Source: Candidatus Angelobacter sp.
GTDB taxonomy: Bacteria > Acidobacteriota > Terriglobia > Terriglobales > Acidobacteriaceae
DNA: 64,000 nt
Assembly (NCBI GenBank): GCA_049802395.1
Contig: JBARMK010000236.1
Span: 2,635-66,634 of the forward strand
Direction of reading: 5' to 3'
Part shown: positions 19,070 through 27,419 of the stretch, in pieces
Layout of the letters: the number at the start of each line of letters is the position of its first letter
How positions within the stretch are numbered: position 1 is the stretch's first letter
Notes under the pieces: generated by a model
What the model was told of the DNA's origin: nothing
The model's input: the letters and a program-made list of their open reading frames with translations, nothing else
Database searches by the model: none
Position numbers and translations under genes: made by a program

Positions 19070-19612
19070 TTATGCTGAGGCCGAAGTCATCCGCGGCGCG
19101 TCGCTCATGGAGACGGTCTCCTTCGCGGCGCCGTTCATCTCTTTCTGTCCCGGCTTGCGAATGTCAATCGAGCCCTTGAACCAGGCTCCGTCCTCAATTG
19201 AAATTCTTTGGCAAATCACGTCCCCGCCCAGTGAACCCTCATTGCGTATATCAACCCGGTCGCTGGCTGTAACGTTGCCCTTCACTTTGCCCAGAACCAC
19301 GACTTCCTTGGCGTTGATGTTGGCCTGGACCTGGCCGTTGCGGCCAACCGTAACGCGGTTGCCCGGAAGATTGATGGCGCCTTCCACGCGACCGTCAATA
19401 TAAAGCGATTCAGAGCCTGTCACTTCGCCCTTAATGACGAGTGACTTTCCAATGGTGGCTTGCTCTTGATTGTTGAGTACGGCATTGCGAGGCGCGGCGA
19501 CCGGCGTCGGCTCGCTAGGGAGAGAAGGCGTTGTGCTCATAACTGGTTTCTCCGGTTCAGCGGCAGCTTTGGGATTGGGGTTCGTGCTCGTCGTGCTTGC
19601 TGGCTTCCACAT
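19070..19612 (-). CDS. bactofilin-family cytoskeletal protein
   Basis: Beta-helical repeat core (KGEVTGSESLYIDGRVEGAI...VVLGKVKGNVTASDRVDI...) with disordered Pro-rich N- and C-termini. Confidence 0.9.
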   Translation of the reverse strand: MWKPASTTSTNPNPKAAAEPEKPVMSTTPSLPSEPTPVAAPRNAVLNNQEQATIGKSLVIKGEVTGSESLYIDGRVEGAINLPGNRVTVGRNGQVQANINAKEVVVLGKVKGNVTASDRVDIRNEGSLGGDVICQRISIEDGAWFKGSIDIRKPGQKEMNGAAKETVSMSDAPRMTSASA

Positions 19613-20039
19613 TTGCTTTACTTCCTTTCGATATTCTGGTTGGAGTGCGCAGCCAGCTCCCTTTTCCGCCGTCTGCTACGTATAACTTTTGGGATATCCA
19701 AGGATAGCCAGTTTGGCATGGGCACGTATGTGACCAAACTCCCTCTGACCGCCCTCGATTTCTGAACTGCTGGATTGATGCAGCCTTGCCGCACTATCGC
19801 GACCTAACTCCGCCGCCTCAACCCTGCTTGACGGATGTAATTATTCCCCCGTTATTGGCATTTCTTATATCGGGCAACACCCTTAGATGGAAAATCGATT
19901 CGCGCTAGGATAGGGTTAAGTGCCCGCATCTAAACTGTCACTGGGACAATGGCAAATTTGGTAATTTGGTACTTGACGGACTGAAACGCCCGATTTTCAT
20001 TTACCCATTGCCAAATTACCCGCTTACCAAGTCATCCTG

Positions 20040-22946
20040 ATGCTTACCGAACAACAGGTCCTTCATTACGTCGCCAAACAGCCCAAGCACATGGCCGGCT
20101 TTAAGCAGCTCATCCATGACCTCGGCCTCAAGGGCCGCGACCGCCGCGAGCTGCAACACCTGCTCCGCGAGATGACGCGCCGCCGCAAGCTCATCGCCAT
20201 TGGTAAGGAGCGCTGGGGACTTCCCACCTCAGCCTCCAATCAAGACCTGGTCGTGGGCCGGCTCCGTATGCATCGTGACGGCTATGGCTTCGTCATTCCC
20301 GAACCTGGCTCCCTCCCGGCGCGGGCCCAGGGCAAGCTGCAAGGTGACATCTTTATTCCTCCGCCAGAGGTCGGCAATGCCATGCACGGCGACCAGGTCC
20401 TGGTGGAAATGGGCCGCCTCCGTCATGACGGTAAAGCTGAAGGCCGTATCGTCCGCGTCATGGAGCGCGAGCAGGAAACCGTGGTCGGAATCTTTCACTA
20501 TGGCGATCGCAATAATTTCGTCGCCCCGATCGACGAAAAAATTGCCATGGAGATCATCATCCCTCGCGGCCTGGAGTATCCGCAGAAAGAGGACGAAACC
20601 GCCGGGCCATCTGAAGGCGACCGCGACCTAAGAACGGATCGTGGACCGCAGCCGCCCTCCCCTGCGCACGAGAAACCGGGTGCCCCATCCTTTGCGGCTC
20701 ACGGTTCTGCGAGCACCACGAGCACTCATTCGCCGCAAAGGGTGGGAGGAAAGGCCCCCTCTCCCAAACATCCTGAAAGGCAATCCCCGCACCGCGTCCT
20801 GGGCGACGAAGCCCAGCGCAAAAACAAACAATGGGACGACCTCGAAGGCGTGGTGGTGGAAGTCGAAATCACGCAGTGGCCCTCAGCCACCCAAAGCCCC
20901 CGTGGGCGCGTAACAGAAATCCTCGGCTATGAAGACGATTTCGGCGTTGACGTGGAGATGGTCATCCGCAAGCACCATATCCCGCACGTTTTTCCCGCTG
21001 AAGTACTGGAAGAAGCCCAGGAGTTCAGCCCCATCATCCCGCACAAAGAGCTCGCCCAGCGGCGTGACTTCCGCCATCTGCCCATCGTCACCATTGATGG
21101 CGAAACCGCCCGCGACTTCGACGACGCCGTCCTCGTACGCCGTCTCGATAACGGCAATTATGAGCTCCAGGTCCACATTGCTGACGTGGCCCACTACGTG
21201 GAAGATGGCTCGGCCATCGATGAAGAAGCCCGCAAGCGCGGCACCTCAGTCTACTTTCCTGACCGCGCCGTACCCATGCTTCCGCTGGAGCTCTCCACTG
21301 ACATTTGCAGCCTGCGCCCGGAGGTCGAGCGGCTGGTTCTCTCCTGCATTATGGAAATTGATCGCCACGGTGAAGTTGCGTTCTATGAACTTGCTGAAGG
21401 CGTGATCCGCTCCGCCCAACGCATGACCTATACCGACGTAAACGCCATTATCGAAGCGCGTTCTGGAGCGCAGTCGCCGGGGTCCCCGGAACGCGCCGGT
21501 TTTGCGCGTTCTGGGGTGGAGATGCCCTCGCCTGCGGAGAAGAATGTAGACCACACCAATGAAGATATCCGCCGCCGTTACGGCCCGTTGTCAGAAAACT
21601 TTGATCTCATGTACGAGCTTGCTCAGGTGCTCAACCGCAAGCGAGTCAAGCGCGGCTCCATCGACTTCGACCTGCCCGAACCGGTCATTGAATTCGATGA
21701 ATTTGGCCTGATGAAGAGCGTTGCTCCTTCCGAGCGCAATTGGGCCCACCGCCTGATTGAAGAGTTCATGCTGGCCGCCAATGAAACCGTGGCCTCCCAT
21801 CTGGAGCAGCGCGGCGTGCCCAGCCTGTACCGTATCCATGAGAAGCCCGACGCCAAAAAGATTTACGAGTTTGAGACCATCGCCGCCAGCTTTGGTTACT
21901 CGCTCGGTGTCGGCGCTTTGCCCATCAAGCGCGTGCAAACCCGTGGGGATAAGCGCTCCCATTACGGCAGCGGACGCAAAGCGCCAACCGTCGAACTGCC
22001 GGAAGAAGTCCACGTAACGCCGCGGATGTACCAGAAGCTGGTGCAGAAGATTGCCGGCAAGCCGGAAGAGCGGGTGCTTTCTTTCCTGATGCTGCGCTCG
22101 CTCAAGCAGGCCCGCTACTCTGAGGTAAATGAGGGCCACTTTGCCCTGGCCGCTCCCGCTTATACGCACTTTACCTCACCCATCCGCCGCTATCCTGACC
22201 TGATCATCCACCGCATTCTTAAATGGGTGTTGCGCAATGAAACTCATGCAACAGAATCCGCCCATGATCATGGGGCACAGGCCCTCTTGCGTGTGCATGG
22301 TGAATCCCATGAGACACATCAGGGAAGAAAAGCTCGTGGACACGCGTCCGATGCCCCGATGTCCCGATCCGCCGATGTCCCGATCAAACAAGCTTCAACC
22401 ATCCACGAAACCGCACTCCGCTTCCGCGCCCAGCAATCCCACGAAGCCCATTCACCCTGGTCCAAGCGCGCGGAAAAAGGCTCTTCCGCGCGACGCCGTG
22501 CCTCCACTCCGGTTGTGGCCGGCCCTTACTCTGAGGCTGAACTGCATGAAATCGCGGAGAGCTCCAGCCATGCGGAGCGTGCAGCCGACGAGGCCGAACG
22601 CGAGCTCATGGAATGGAAAAAGCTCAAATTCATGGAACAGCGCGTGGGCGAGGACTTCGACGGCCTCATCGTCAGCGTCACCAAGTTCGGTTTCTTCGTT
22701 GAACTGACGGAGCTGTTCATTGAAGGCCTGGTCCCGCTCAACTCCCTGGCCGACGACAATTACTCGTACCACGAAAACACCCGCCAGATCATCGGCGCCC
22801 GATCCAGGAAAGCCTACTCCATTGGCGACAAAGTTCGCGTCCTGGTGGACCGCATCGACCACCTGCAGAAGAAAGTCCAGTTCGCCGTGCTGGAAGAACA
22901 GAAGCCCAAGCGGGCCGAGAAACGGCATAAGACAAAGCGGGGATGA
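20040..22946 (+). CDS. rnr: ribonuclease R with three long low-complexity insertions
   Basis: Cold-shock-like domains, an RNB core (TIDGETARDFDDAV, HFALA...YTHFTSPIRRYPDL), an S1 domain (FDGLIVSVTKFGFFVEL) and a basic tail. At 968 aa it is longer than the usual 700-830. Confidence 0.93.
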   Translation: MLTEQQVLHYVAKQPKHMAGFKQLIHDLGLKGRDRRELQHLLREMTRRRKLIAIGKERWGLPTSASNQDLVVGRLRMHRDGYGFVIPEPGSLPARAQGKLQGDIFIPPPEVGNAMHGDQVLVEMGRLRHDGKAEGRIVRVMEREQETVVGIFHYGDRNNFVAPIDEKIAMEIIIPRGLEYPQKEDETAGPSEGDRDLRTDRGPQPPSPAHEKPGAPSFAAHGSASTTSTHSPQRVGGKAPSPKHPERQSPHRVLGDEAQRKNKQWDDLEGVVVEVEITQWPSATQSPRGRVTEILGYEDDFGVDVEMVIRKHHIPHVFPAEVLEEAQEFSPIIPHKELAQRRDFRHLPIVTIDGETARDFDDAVLVRRLDNGNYELQVHIADVAHYVEDGSAIDEEARKRGTSVYFPDRAVPMLPLELSTDICSLRPEVERLVLSCIMEIDRHGEVAFYELAEGVIRSAQRMTYTDVNAIIEARSGAQSPGSPERAGFARSGVEMPSPAEKNVDHTNEDIRRRYGPLSENFDLMYELAQVLNRKRVKRGSIDFDLPEPVIEFDEFGLMKSVAPSERNWAHRLIEEFMLAANETVASHLEQRGVPSLYRIHEKPDAKKIYEFETIAASFGYSLGVGALPIKRVQTRGDKRSHYGSGRKAPTVELPEEVHVTPRMYQKLVQKIAGKPEERVLSFLMLRSLKQARYSEVNEGHFALAAPAYTHFTSPIRRYPDLIIHRILKWVLRNETHATESAHDHGAQALLRVHGESHETHQGRKARGHASDAPMSRSADVPIKQASTIHETALRFRAQQSHEAHSPWSKRAEKGSSARRRASTPVVAGPYSEAELHEIAESSSHAERAADEAERELMEWKKLKFMEQRVGEDFDGLIVSVTKFGFFVELTELFIEGLVPLNSLADDNYSYHENTRQIIGARSRKAYSIGDKVRVLVDRIDHLQKKVQFAVLEEQKPKRAEKRHKTKRG

Positions 22947-22956
22947 TTCTTTGTGG

Positions 22957-22976
22957 CACAGGCACTCCTGCCTGTG
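22957..22976 (+). terminator. perfect 8-bp hairpin CACAGGCA-CTCC-TGCCTGTG 11 nt after the rnr stop (REP-like or weak terminator)
   Basis: Read from sequence. The downstream T-tract (TATCTTCC) is weak. Confidence 0.4.
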
Positions 22977-23030
22977 TATCTTCCGCTGATAATTCTTCAG
23001 GAACTCGAGAATGCCCGGGCGGTGATGTTT

Positions 23031-23121
23031 CAGCGCCGTAGGCGCGTCGAGAGGTTAGCCCACCCTGAGGCGAGCGAATGCGAAGCCGTAAGGGTGGGTA
23101 AGCAAGCAAAGAGCCCGAGCC
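23031..23121 (+). repeat. left copy of an ~80-90 nt intergenic repeat (contains a perfect 31-mer shared with 23943-23973)
   Basis: CACCCTGAGGCGAGCGAATGCGAAGCCGTAA at 23061-23091 is identical to 23943-23973. The flanking blocks CAGCGCCGTAGGCG and GCCGAGCC are also shared. An internal stem CCCACCCT/AGGGTGGG is present. Confidence 0.9.
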
Positions 23122-23396
23122 CGGCGGGGCGACACAAAACGACAAATTTGATTTAAGAAGTTTACGCGCGTGCGCGAGACAAGTGTCAGGGCACGACTTG
23201 AGCGCTTAGCCCGAGATGACCCTGAGCTTTGCGAAGGAGAATCGAGGGCTGCGGAGTCGTGCCGCAAAAGGTTAAAAATAATTCCTTGCTGCCGCAGACC
23301 CGCGCGCAGCAGAGCGGAGCGCCAGAAAAATCCAGCTGCCGTGCAGCATACGCGCGTCCAGAAAGGGTACTGAAACACGGGTGATACACTTTCGCC

Positions 23397-23897
23397 ATGC
23401 AAAAGCTTGTAGTTCTGGGCACAGTTCATCAACAACTGGGAGACGATGCGAACGCCAATTTTAAAAAAGCCTTGATGCTTGTTATTGATGAATACAATGT
23501 GACCGCAATACTTGAGGAATGGTCCACTACGCAATCTACGGCGTTCAGTGCTTCCTTAGCGCAGGAGTTGGAGCTGATCTGGCTAGATATAGGGACTCCG
23601 GACGAGCCTGAATTGAAAACTCATCATTCTGTGATTAACGCGATCGGGTTTGATCCGTTTGATCCAAATGCTGTAAGGGTTGCTCGCTACGGTCCTTTAT
23701 TGGCGCAGAGCAAACGCGAAGAAATGATGGTTGCAAACATTCGATCATTACTCCCGCCATCATGTCAGTCTGCTTTGGTAATTGTTGGCCTAAGCCATCT
23801 TCATTCTATGTTGGAACGCCTCTCTAAATTTTGCGAAATGGAGGGTTGTTGGTGGATTCCGCCTCTGAAAGCTCACTCGAAGGAACTTGCGACATGA
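23397..23897 (+). CDS. hypothetical protein, possible minimal TraB/PrgY/GumN/Tiki-like fold
   Basis: 166-aa ORF, visibly AT-richer than its neighbours. VVLGTVH ... LEEW ... VIVGLSHLH resemble paired GxxH motifs. Confidence 0.55.
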   Translation: MQKLVVLGTVHQQLGDDANANFKKALMLVIDEYNVTAILEEWSTTQSTAFSASLAQELELIWLDIGTPDEPELKTHHSVINAIGFDPFDPNAVRVARYGPLLAQSKREEMMVANIRSLLPPSCQSALVIVGLSHLHSMLERLSKFCEMEGCWWIPPLKAHSKELAT

Positions 23898-23925
23898 ATT
23901 CCAGATGTTAGGACGCCCAATATAT

Positions 23926-24000
23926 CAGCGCTGTAGGCGAAACACCCTGAGGCGAGCGAATGCGAAGCCGTAAATGTGGATAAAGGGAAGAAGCCGAGCC
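23926..24000 (+). repeat. right copy of the intergenic repeat
   Basis: Direct orientation relative to 23031-23121. The perfect 31-mer is at 23943-23973. Confidence 0.9.
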
Positions 24001-24034
24001 CCCTGACAAGCGGTGCTTCCGATTTCTGAAGTGG

Positions 24035-24448
24035 TCACATGTGAAATATGATCCTGACTACGGTTTCCACTTCTATCGGCTCGCCATTCAAAATATAGGG
24101 TTTGTACTTCCATTGCTTCACTGCATCCATAGCTGCATCGGCCAGGGTGGGGTCGCCCTGCACAACCTTCATGTTCGCCACGTTTCCCTGCCTGTCAATC
24201 GTAATCTCCAAGAGCACGGTTCCCTGAATGTGCTCCTTCTTCGCTTCCCGCGGATACTTCGGGTCAACTTTGTGCAGAAGCAGTCCTTCTGCAACGCCGG
24301 AACTTACGCGAATCTTCTGCGGCCGCTTGGGACTTTCGGCAGCCGGTGTTGGTGTGGATGTTGGCGATGGCGAGGAACTTTGTGCTCCGAATGCGCACGG
24401 CAAGCTCGACAGCAGCAGGATGGCGGCTCCAAGATTGACAATTTTCAC
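24035..24448 (-). CDS. TonB C-terminal-domain protein
   Basis: C-terminal YPREAKKEHIQGTVLLEITIDRQGNVANMKVV...AAMDAVKQWKYKPY is typical of TonB_C. The GTG 24448 start gives a signal/anchor VKIVNLGAAILLLSS. The longer ATG 24598 start would read through a REP-like element. Confidence 0.7.
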   Translation of the reverse strand: MKIVNLGAAILLLSSLPCAFGAQSSSPSPTSTPTPAAESPKRPQKIRVSSGVAEGLLLHKVDPKYPREAKKEHIQGTVLLEITIDRQGNVANMKVVQGDPTLADAAMDAVKQWKYKPYILNGEPIEVETVVRIIFHM

Positions 24449-24852
24449 GTCAGAAAAGATACACGAAACTGTTCCGTGGATACCCTCTCTTTCATTCCCT
24501 GTCTGCCATTGGTTGATTTGGGTTTTTGAACTAAAAAACTCCTGTGGCACAGCCGCCCTCGGTTGTGCTTCGATGAGGGTGAAACTCCTTCGACTCACGC
24601 GACGTGCTATCCCAGAGCGCCGTAGGCGCGAAATAGCCTCTTTCTCGGCTCCACTTTTCTCCGCGTCTCCGCGCCTCCGCGGTGAAAATAAATGCTCACC
24701 CCAGCCTCTTCACCATCCCCTTCAGCTCAATCACCGGCAACGGACACTCCGGCCAATTGTGCCTCCAGCACACTTATGATGTCGAAGGTGAGCCACAGGG
24801 CGCGAACGATGTTTTTGTTTGCAAGGACTCTCTCAATCCGCGTTCTTCTTTC

Positions 24853-25467
24853 ATGCGCAAAAAACTTGGCGCCATAGCTCTGTTATGGGCGCTCGTAACC
24901 GCCTCCTTTGCGATTCAGTCAAAACCGCCAGCACCGGAGTGTGTTCTTTCTGACGATGATTACAAGGTTTTTTCCGCCGTCGTCGATGGCTTGGGTCGCC
25001 CCGAAGATCCTGAAGAAGCCTGGAAGAACAAGGAAATTCTGGTGTCTGATGCCACAGCGGACCCGGAGACTACCGAGAGCAAATGGGGTCCATGGGGATT
25101 TCGCTCGAACTCCAAGGCTGCTCCCGCCAAAGAAACTGAGGCCGCATTCAAATCACGAGCTCACGATCTTTGTCATCTCGAAGACAGGCTTCACACTGCA
25201 ACCCCTCATAAGATCGTCGACCACGGCAAGTTGGAAGGCATGTTCAGGAAGGGCGGCGGTGGGTGGGACAAGTTTTATCAGAGGTATCCAGACGCTGCGG
25301 GTTTTTGGGATTTTTCACCCCCGGGCTATAACAAAGCACGTGATGAAGCAGTCCTTTACGTTGGCCATTCTTGCGGTGATCTATGCGGTACTGGGCACCT
25401 CTTTTTCCTGGTGAAAGAGGATGGTCAGTGGAAGGTCAAAAATCGACTGATGCTCTGGATTTCATAG
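24853..25467 (+). CDS. secreted hypothetical protein
   Basis: Signal peptide MRKKLGAIALLWALVTASFA. C-terminal VLYVGHSCGDLCGTGHLFFLVKEDGQWKV is a recurrent uncharacterised motif. Confidence 0.65.
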   Translation: MRKKLGAIALLWALVTASFAIQSKPPAPECVLSDDDYKVFSAVVDGLGRPEDPEEAWKNKEILVSDATADPETTESKWGPWGFRSNSKAAPAKETEAAFKSRAHDLCHLEDRLHTATPHKIVDHGKLEGMFRKGGGGWDKFYQRYPDAAGFWDFSPPGYNKARDEAVLYVGHSCGDLCGTGHLFFLVKEDGQWKVKNRLMLWIS

Positions 25468-25726
25468 GCGGGCGCAGGCGATACAGAAACACTAGTCGCG
25501 CGCGAACGCATTGGCCACTCCATTCCGCCGAGATCCGCATCGATCCGCGTTCATCAGCGGTAAGACTTGTTCTTCTCCGCGACTCCGCGGTGAATCCGCC
25601 CCTCACCCCCCAACTCAATCACTTGCCAAGACCTGAAGACGACGGTTTGGTCTTAACTTGTGCCGCCCTACAATATCTCCACCCTCTCATCCGTCTACAG
25701 CCACAGATGAACGATGGCAGCTGAAG

Positions 25727-26320
25727 ATGAATGACACGGCGAGGCTGGAGCGGATGGCACCGGAACAGGACCAGCGGATCTCCGAGGTGGTCAAGCGGGA
25801 GCAGTCCCGGCTGCGCAACTTCATTCGCCGGCGCGTGCCCGATCCGCACGATGCTGAGGACATTCTGCAGGACGTCTTCTACAAGCTGGTGGAAGCGAAC
25901 CGCTTGCTCATGCCCATCGAGCACGTTACCGGGTGGCTGTTTCGCGTGGCGCGCAATCGCATTGCCGATCTTTTCCGCAAAAAGCAGCCGGAGAGCTTCA
26001 GCGATGCCGCCATCGCGCGCGCGGATGACGACGAACTGCTGCACCTGCAAATAGAAGATCTGCTGCCTTCCCCCGATGCCGGACCGGACGCGCTTTACGC
26101 CCGCAACGTGCTTCTCGATGAACTTGAGCTGGCAATCGACGAGCTGCCGGAGGAACAGCGCGAAGTGTTTGTCGCGCACGAACTGGAAGGCCGCAGCTTC
26201 AGGGAGATGGCCGCCGAGACCGGCGTGAGCGTGAATACGCTGCTCTCGCGCAAACGGTATGCGGTGCTGCATCTGCGCCAGCGACTGCAAGCAATTTATG
26301 ACGAATTTACGAAAGGATGA
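25727..26320 (+). CDS. ECF-type RNA polymerase sigma-70 factor
   Basis: Region 2 (DAEDILQDVFYKL...WLFRVARNRIADLFRK) and region 4 (LPEEQREVFVAHELEGRSFREMAAETGVSVNTLLSRKRYA) are present. Confidence 0.92.
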   Translation: MNDTARLERMAPEQDQRISEVVKREQSRLRNFIRRRVPDPHDAEDILQDVFYKLVEANRLLMPIEHVTGWLFRVARNRIADLFRKKQPESFSDAAIARADDDELLHLQIEDLLPSPDAGPDALYARNVLLDELELAIDELPEEQREVFVAHELEGRSFREMAAETGVSVNTLLSRKRYAVLHLRQRLQAIYDEFTKG

Positions 26321-26331
26321 GGGGACTGAAC

Positions 26332-26694
26332 ATGAGAGGGAAAAAGAAATTGGTTTGGATAGTTCCGGCGGCGCTTCTGGGAATAGCGCTATTCATCTTC
26401 ATCGGCGGCGAATTGGTGATGCGCCTTTGGAATTGGCTCACGCCGGCTCTCTTTGGCTGGCGCCAGGTTACCTTCTGGCAAGCGGTGGGAATTCTGGCGC
26501 TGTGCCGCATCCTCGTCGGCGGACACGGACTCCGCGGCCCAGTTCGCTCCAATATTCGCCGTCGAATAAGAGAGCGCATGGCCGAACGCTGGGAACACAT
26601 GACCCCAGAGGAGCGGGAACGGTTCCGGCAAGGCATGGGCGGACGTTGCGGTATGGGTCATACCGGTAGCGGTCCATCTACCCCCGAGAGCTAA
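26332..26694 (+). CDS. small two-helix membrane protein with Arg-rich tail, co-transcribed with the ECF sigma
   Basis: ATG 26332 lies 5-6 nt after GAGGGGA. An alternative ATG at 26317 overlaps the sigma stop as ATGA. There is no HxxxCxxC anti-sigma motif. Confidence 0.6.
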   Translation: MRGKKKLVWIVPAALLGIALFIFIGGELVMRLWNWLTPALFGWRQVTFWQAVGILALCRILVGGHGLRGPVRSNIRRRIRERMAERWEHMTPEERERFRQGMGGRCGMGHTGSGPSTPES

Positions 26695-26713
26695 TGGCTA
26701 ACTGCTAATGGGC
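26686..26713 (-). repeat. tandem heptanucleotide array (minus-strand reading GCCCATT AGCAGTT AGCCATT AGCTCTC)
   Basis: Read from sequence. It overlaps the stop codon of the 26332..26694 gene and ends 10 nt from tRNA-Pro. Confidence 0.8.
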
Positions 26714-26722
26714 TGGGTTTAT

Positions 26723-26799
26723 TGGTCGGGACGGGCAGATTTGAACTGCCGACCCCTCGCACCCCAAGCGAGTGCTCTACCAGGCTGAGCCACGTCCCG
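26723..26799 (-). tRNA. tRNA-Pro (anticodon GGG), CCA encoded
   Basis: A 77-nt cloverleaf was folded by hand. Acceptor CGGGACG/CGTCCCG, D stem GCTC/GAGC, anticodon stem CTCGC/GCGAG with loop TTGGGGT, T stem GGCAG/CTGCC with loop TTCAAAT. Confidence 0.95.
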
Positions 26800-26878
26800 A
26801 CGGGTAGGAAATCCGCTGCTACAACAACCGAAACCAAGCGGATGGGGCAGGTTGATTATAGCATTTTGTTCGTCGTTC

Positions 26879-27151
26879 TTATTTAGGTGGAGGCACGAAC
26901 TCCTTGGGCAATTGCGCGCCCGCGCCGAAGAAATATTGTTCCATCTGCTCCACCAGGAACTGCTGCGCTTCCGGCTTCCAGGGCTGGAGCCGGTATTCGT
27001 TGAGCAGCATTTTGGAGTGCTCGGCCCACATACGCCATGCTTCCGCGCTGACGGTTTCATAAATCTTCTGGCCCAGCGGTGTATCAAAGGGCGGCTCACT
27101 CAGGCCGGGCAGCTCGCGTCCTAACTTGGCGCACTTCACCATTCGTGACAT
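26879..27151 (-). CDS. yggX: Fe(2+)-trafficking / oxidative-damage protection protein YggX
   Basis: 90 aa. MSRMVKCAKLGRELPGL..PPF..PLGQKIYETVSAEAW..W..HSKMLLNEYRL is the YggX signature. Confidence 0.88.
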   Translation of the reverse strand: MSRMVKCAKLGRELPGLSEPPFDTPLGQKIYETVSAEAWRMWAEHSKMLLNEYRLQPWKPEAQQFLVEQMEQYFFGAGAQLPKEFVPPPK

Positions 27152-27419
27152 GCCAACAATTGTAACGCCAAAGCGTTGAGGTGGCGAAGCCGGCACAGGC
27201 GCCCAAAAAACTCTATATCTCCTTGGCGGCACAGGTAAAAGGGGGACTGTGAGACGCACCCCGGGTAAGGGATTCATCTGAGTCCTGGCTATAAGCACCT
27301 ACCCAATGGCACGGTTCGTAATAACAATCGTCATCTGTTGGCAGGCACTGCTATTTGGTAATATCGACAGCATTATTCGCAGGAGTTCAGGGGCTCCTTC
27401 CCTCTGACATGGTCCATCA

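Noticed and set aside
26723-26799. tRNA-Pro as an integration hotspot for a genomic island
   Set aside because: There is no integrase, no direct repeat of the tRNA 3' end, and no compositional shift on either side. The neighbours are yggX and an ECF sigma pair.
27338-27354. Sigma-54-like TTGGCAGGCACTGCTAT upstream of the HD-GYP gene
   Set aside because: The GG-to-GC spacing is 10 nt rather than the 12 nt of the TGGCAC-N5-TTGC consensus.
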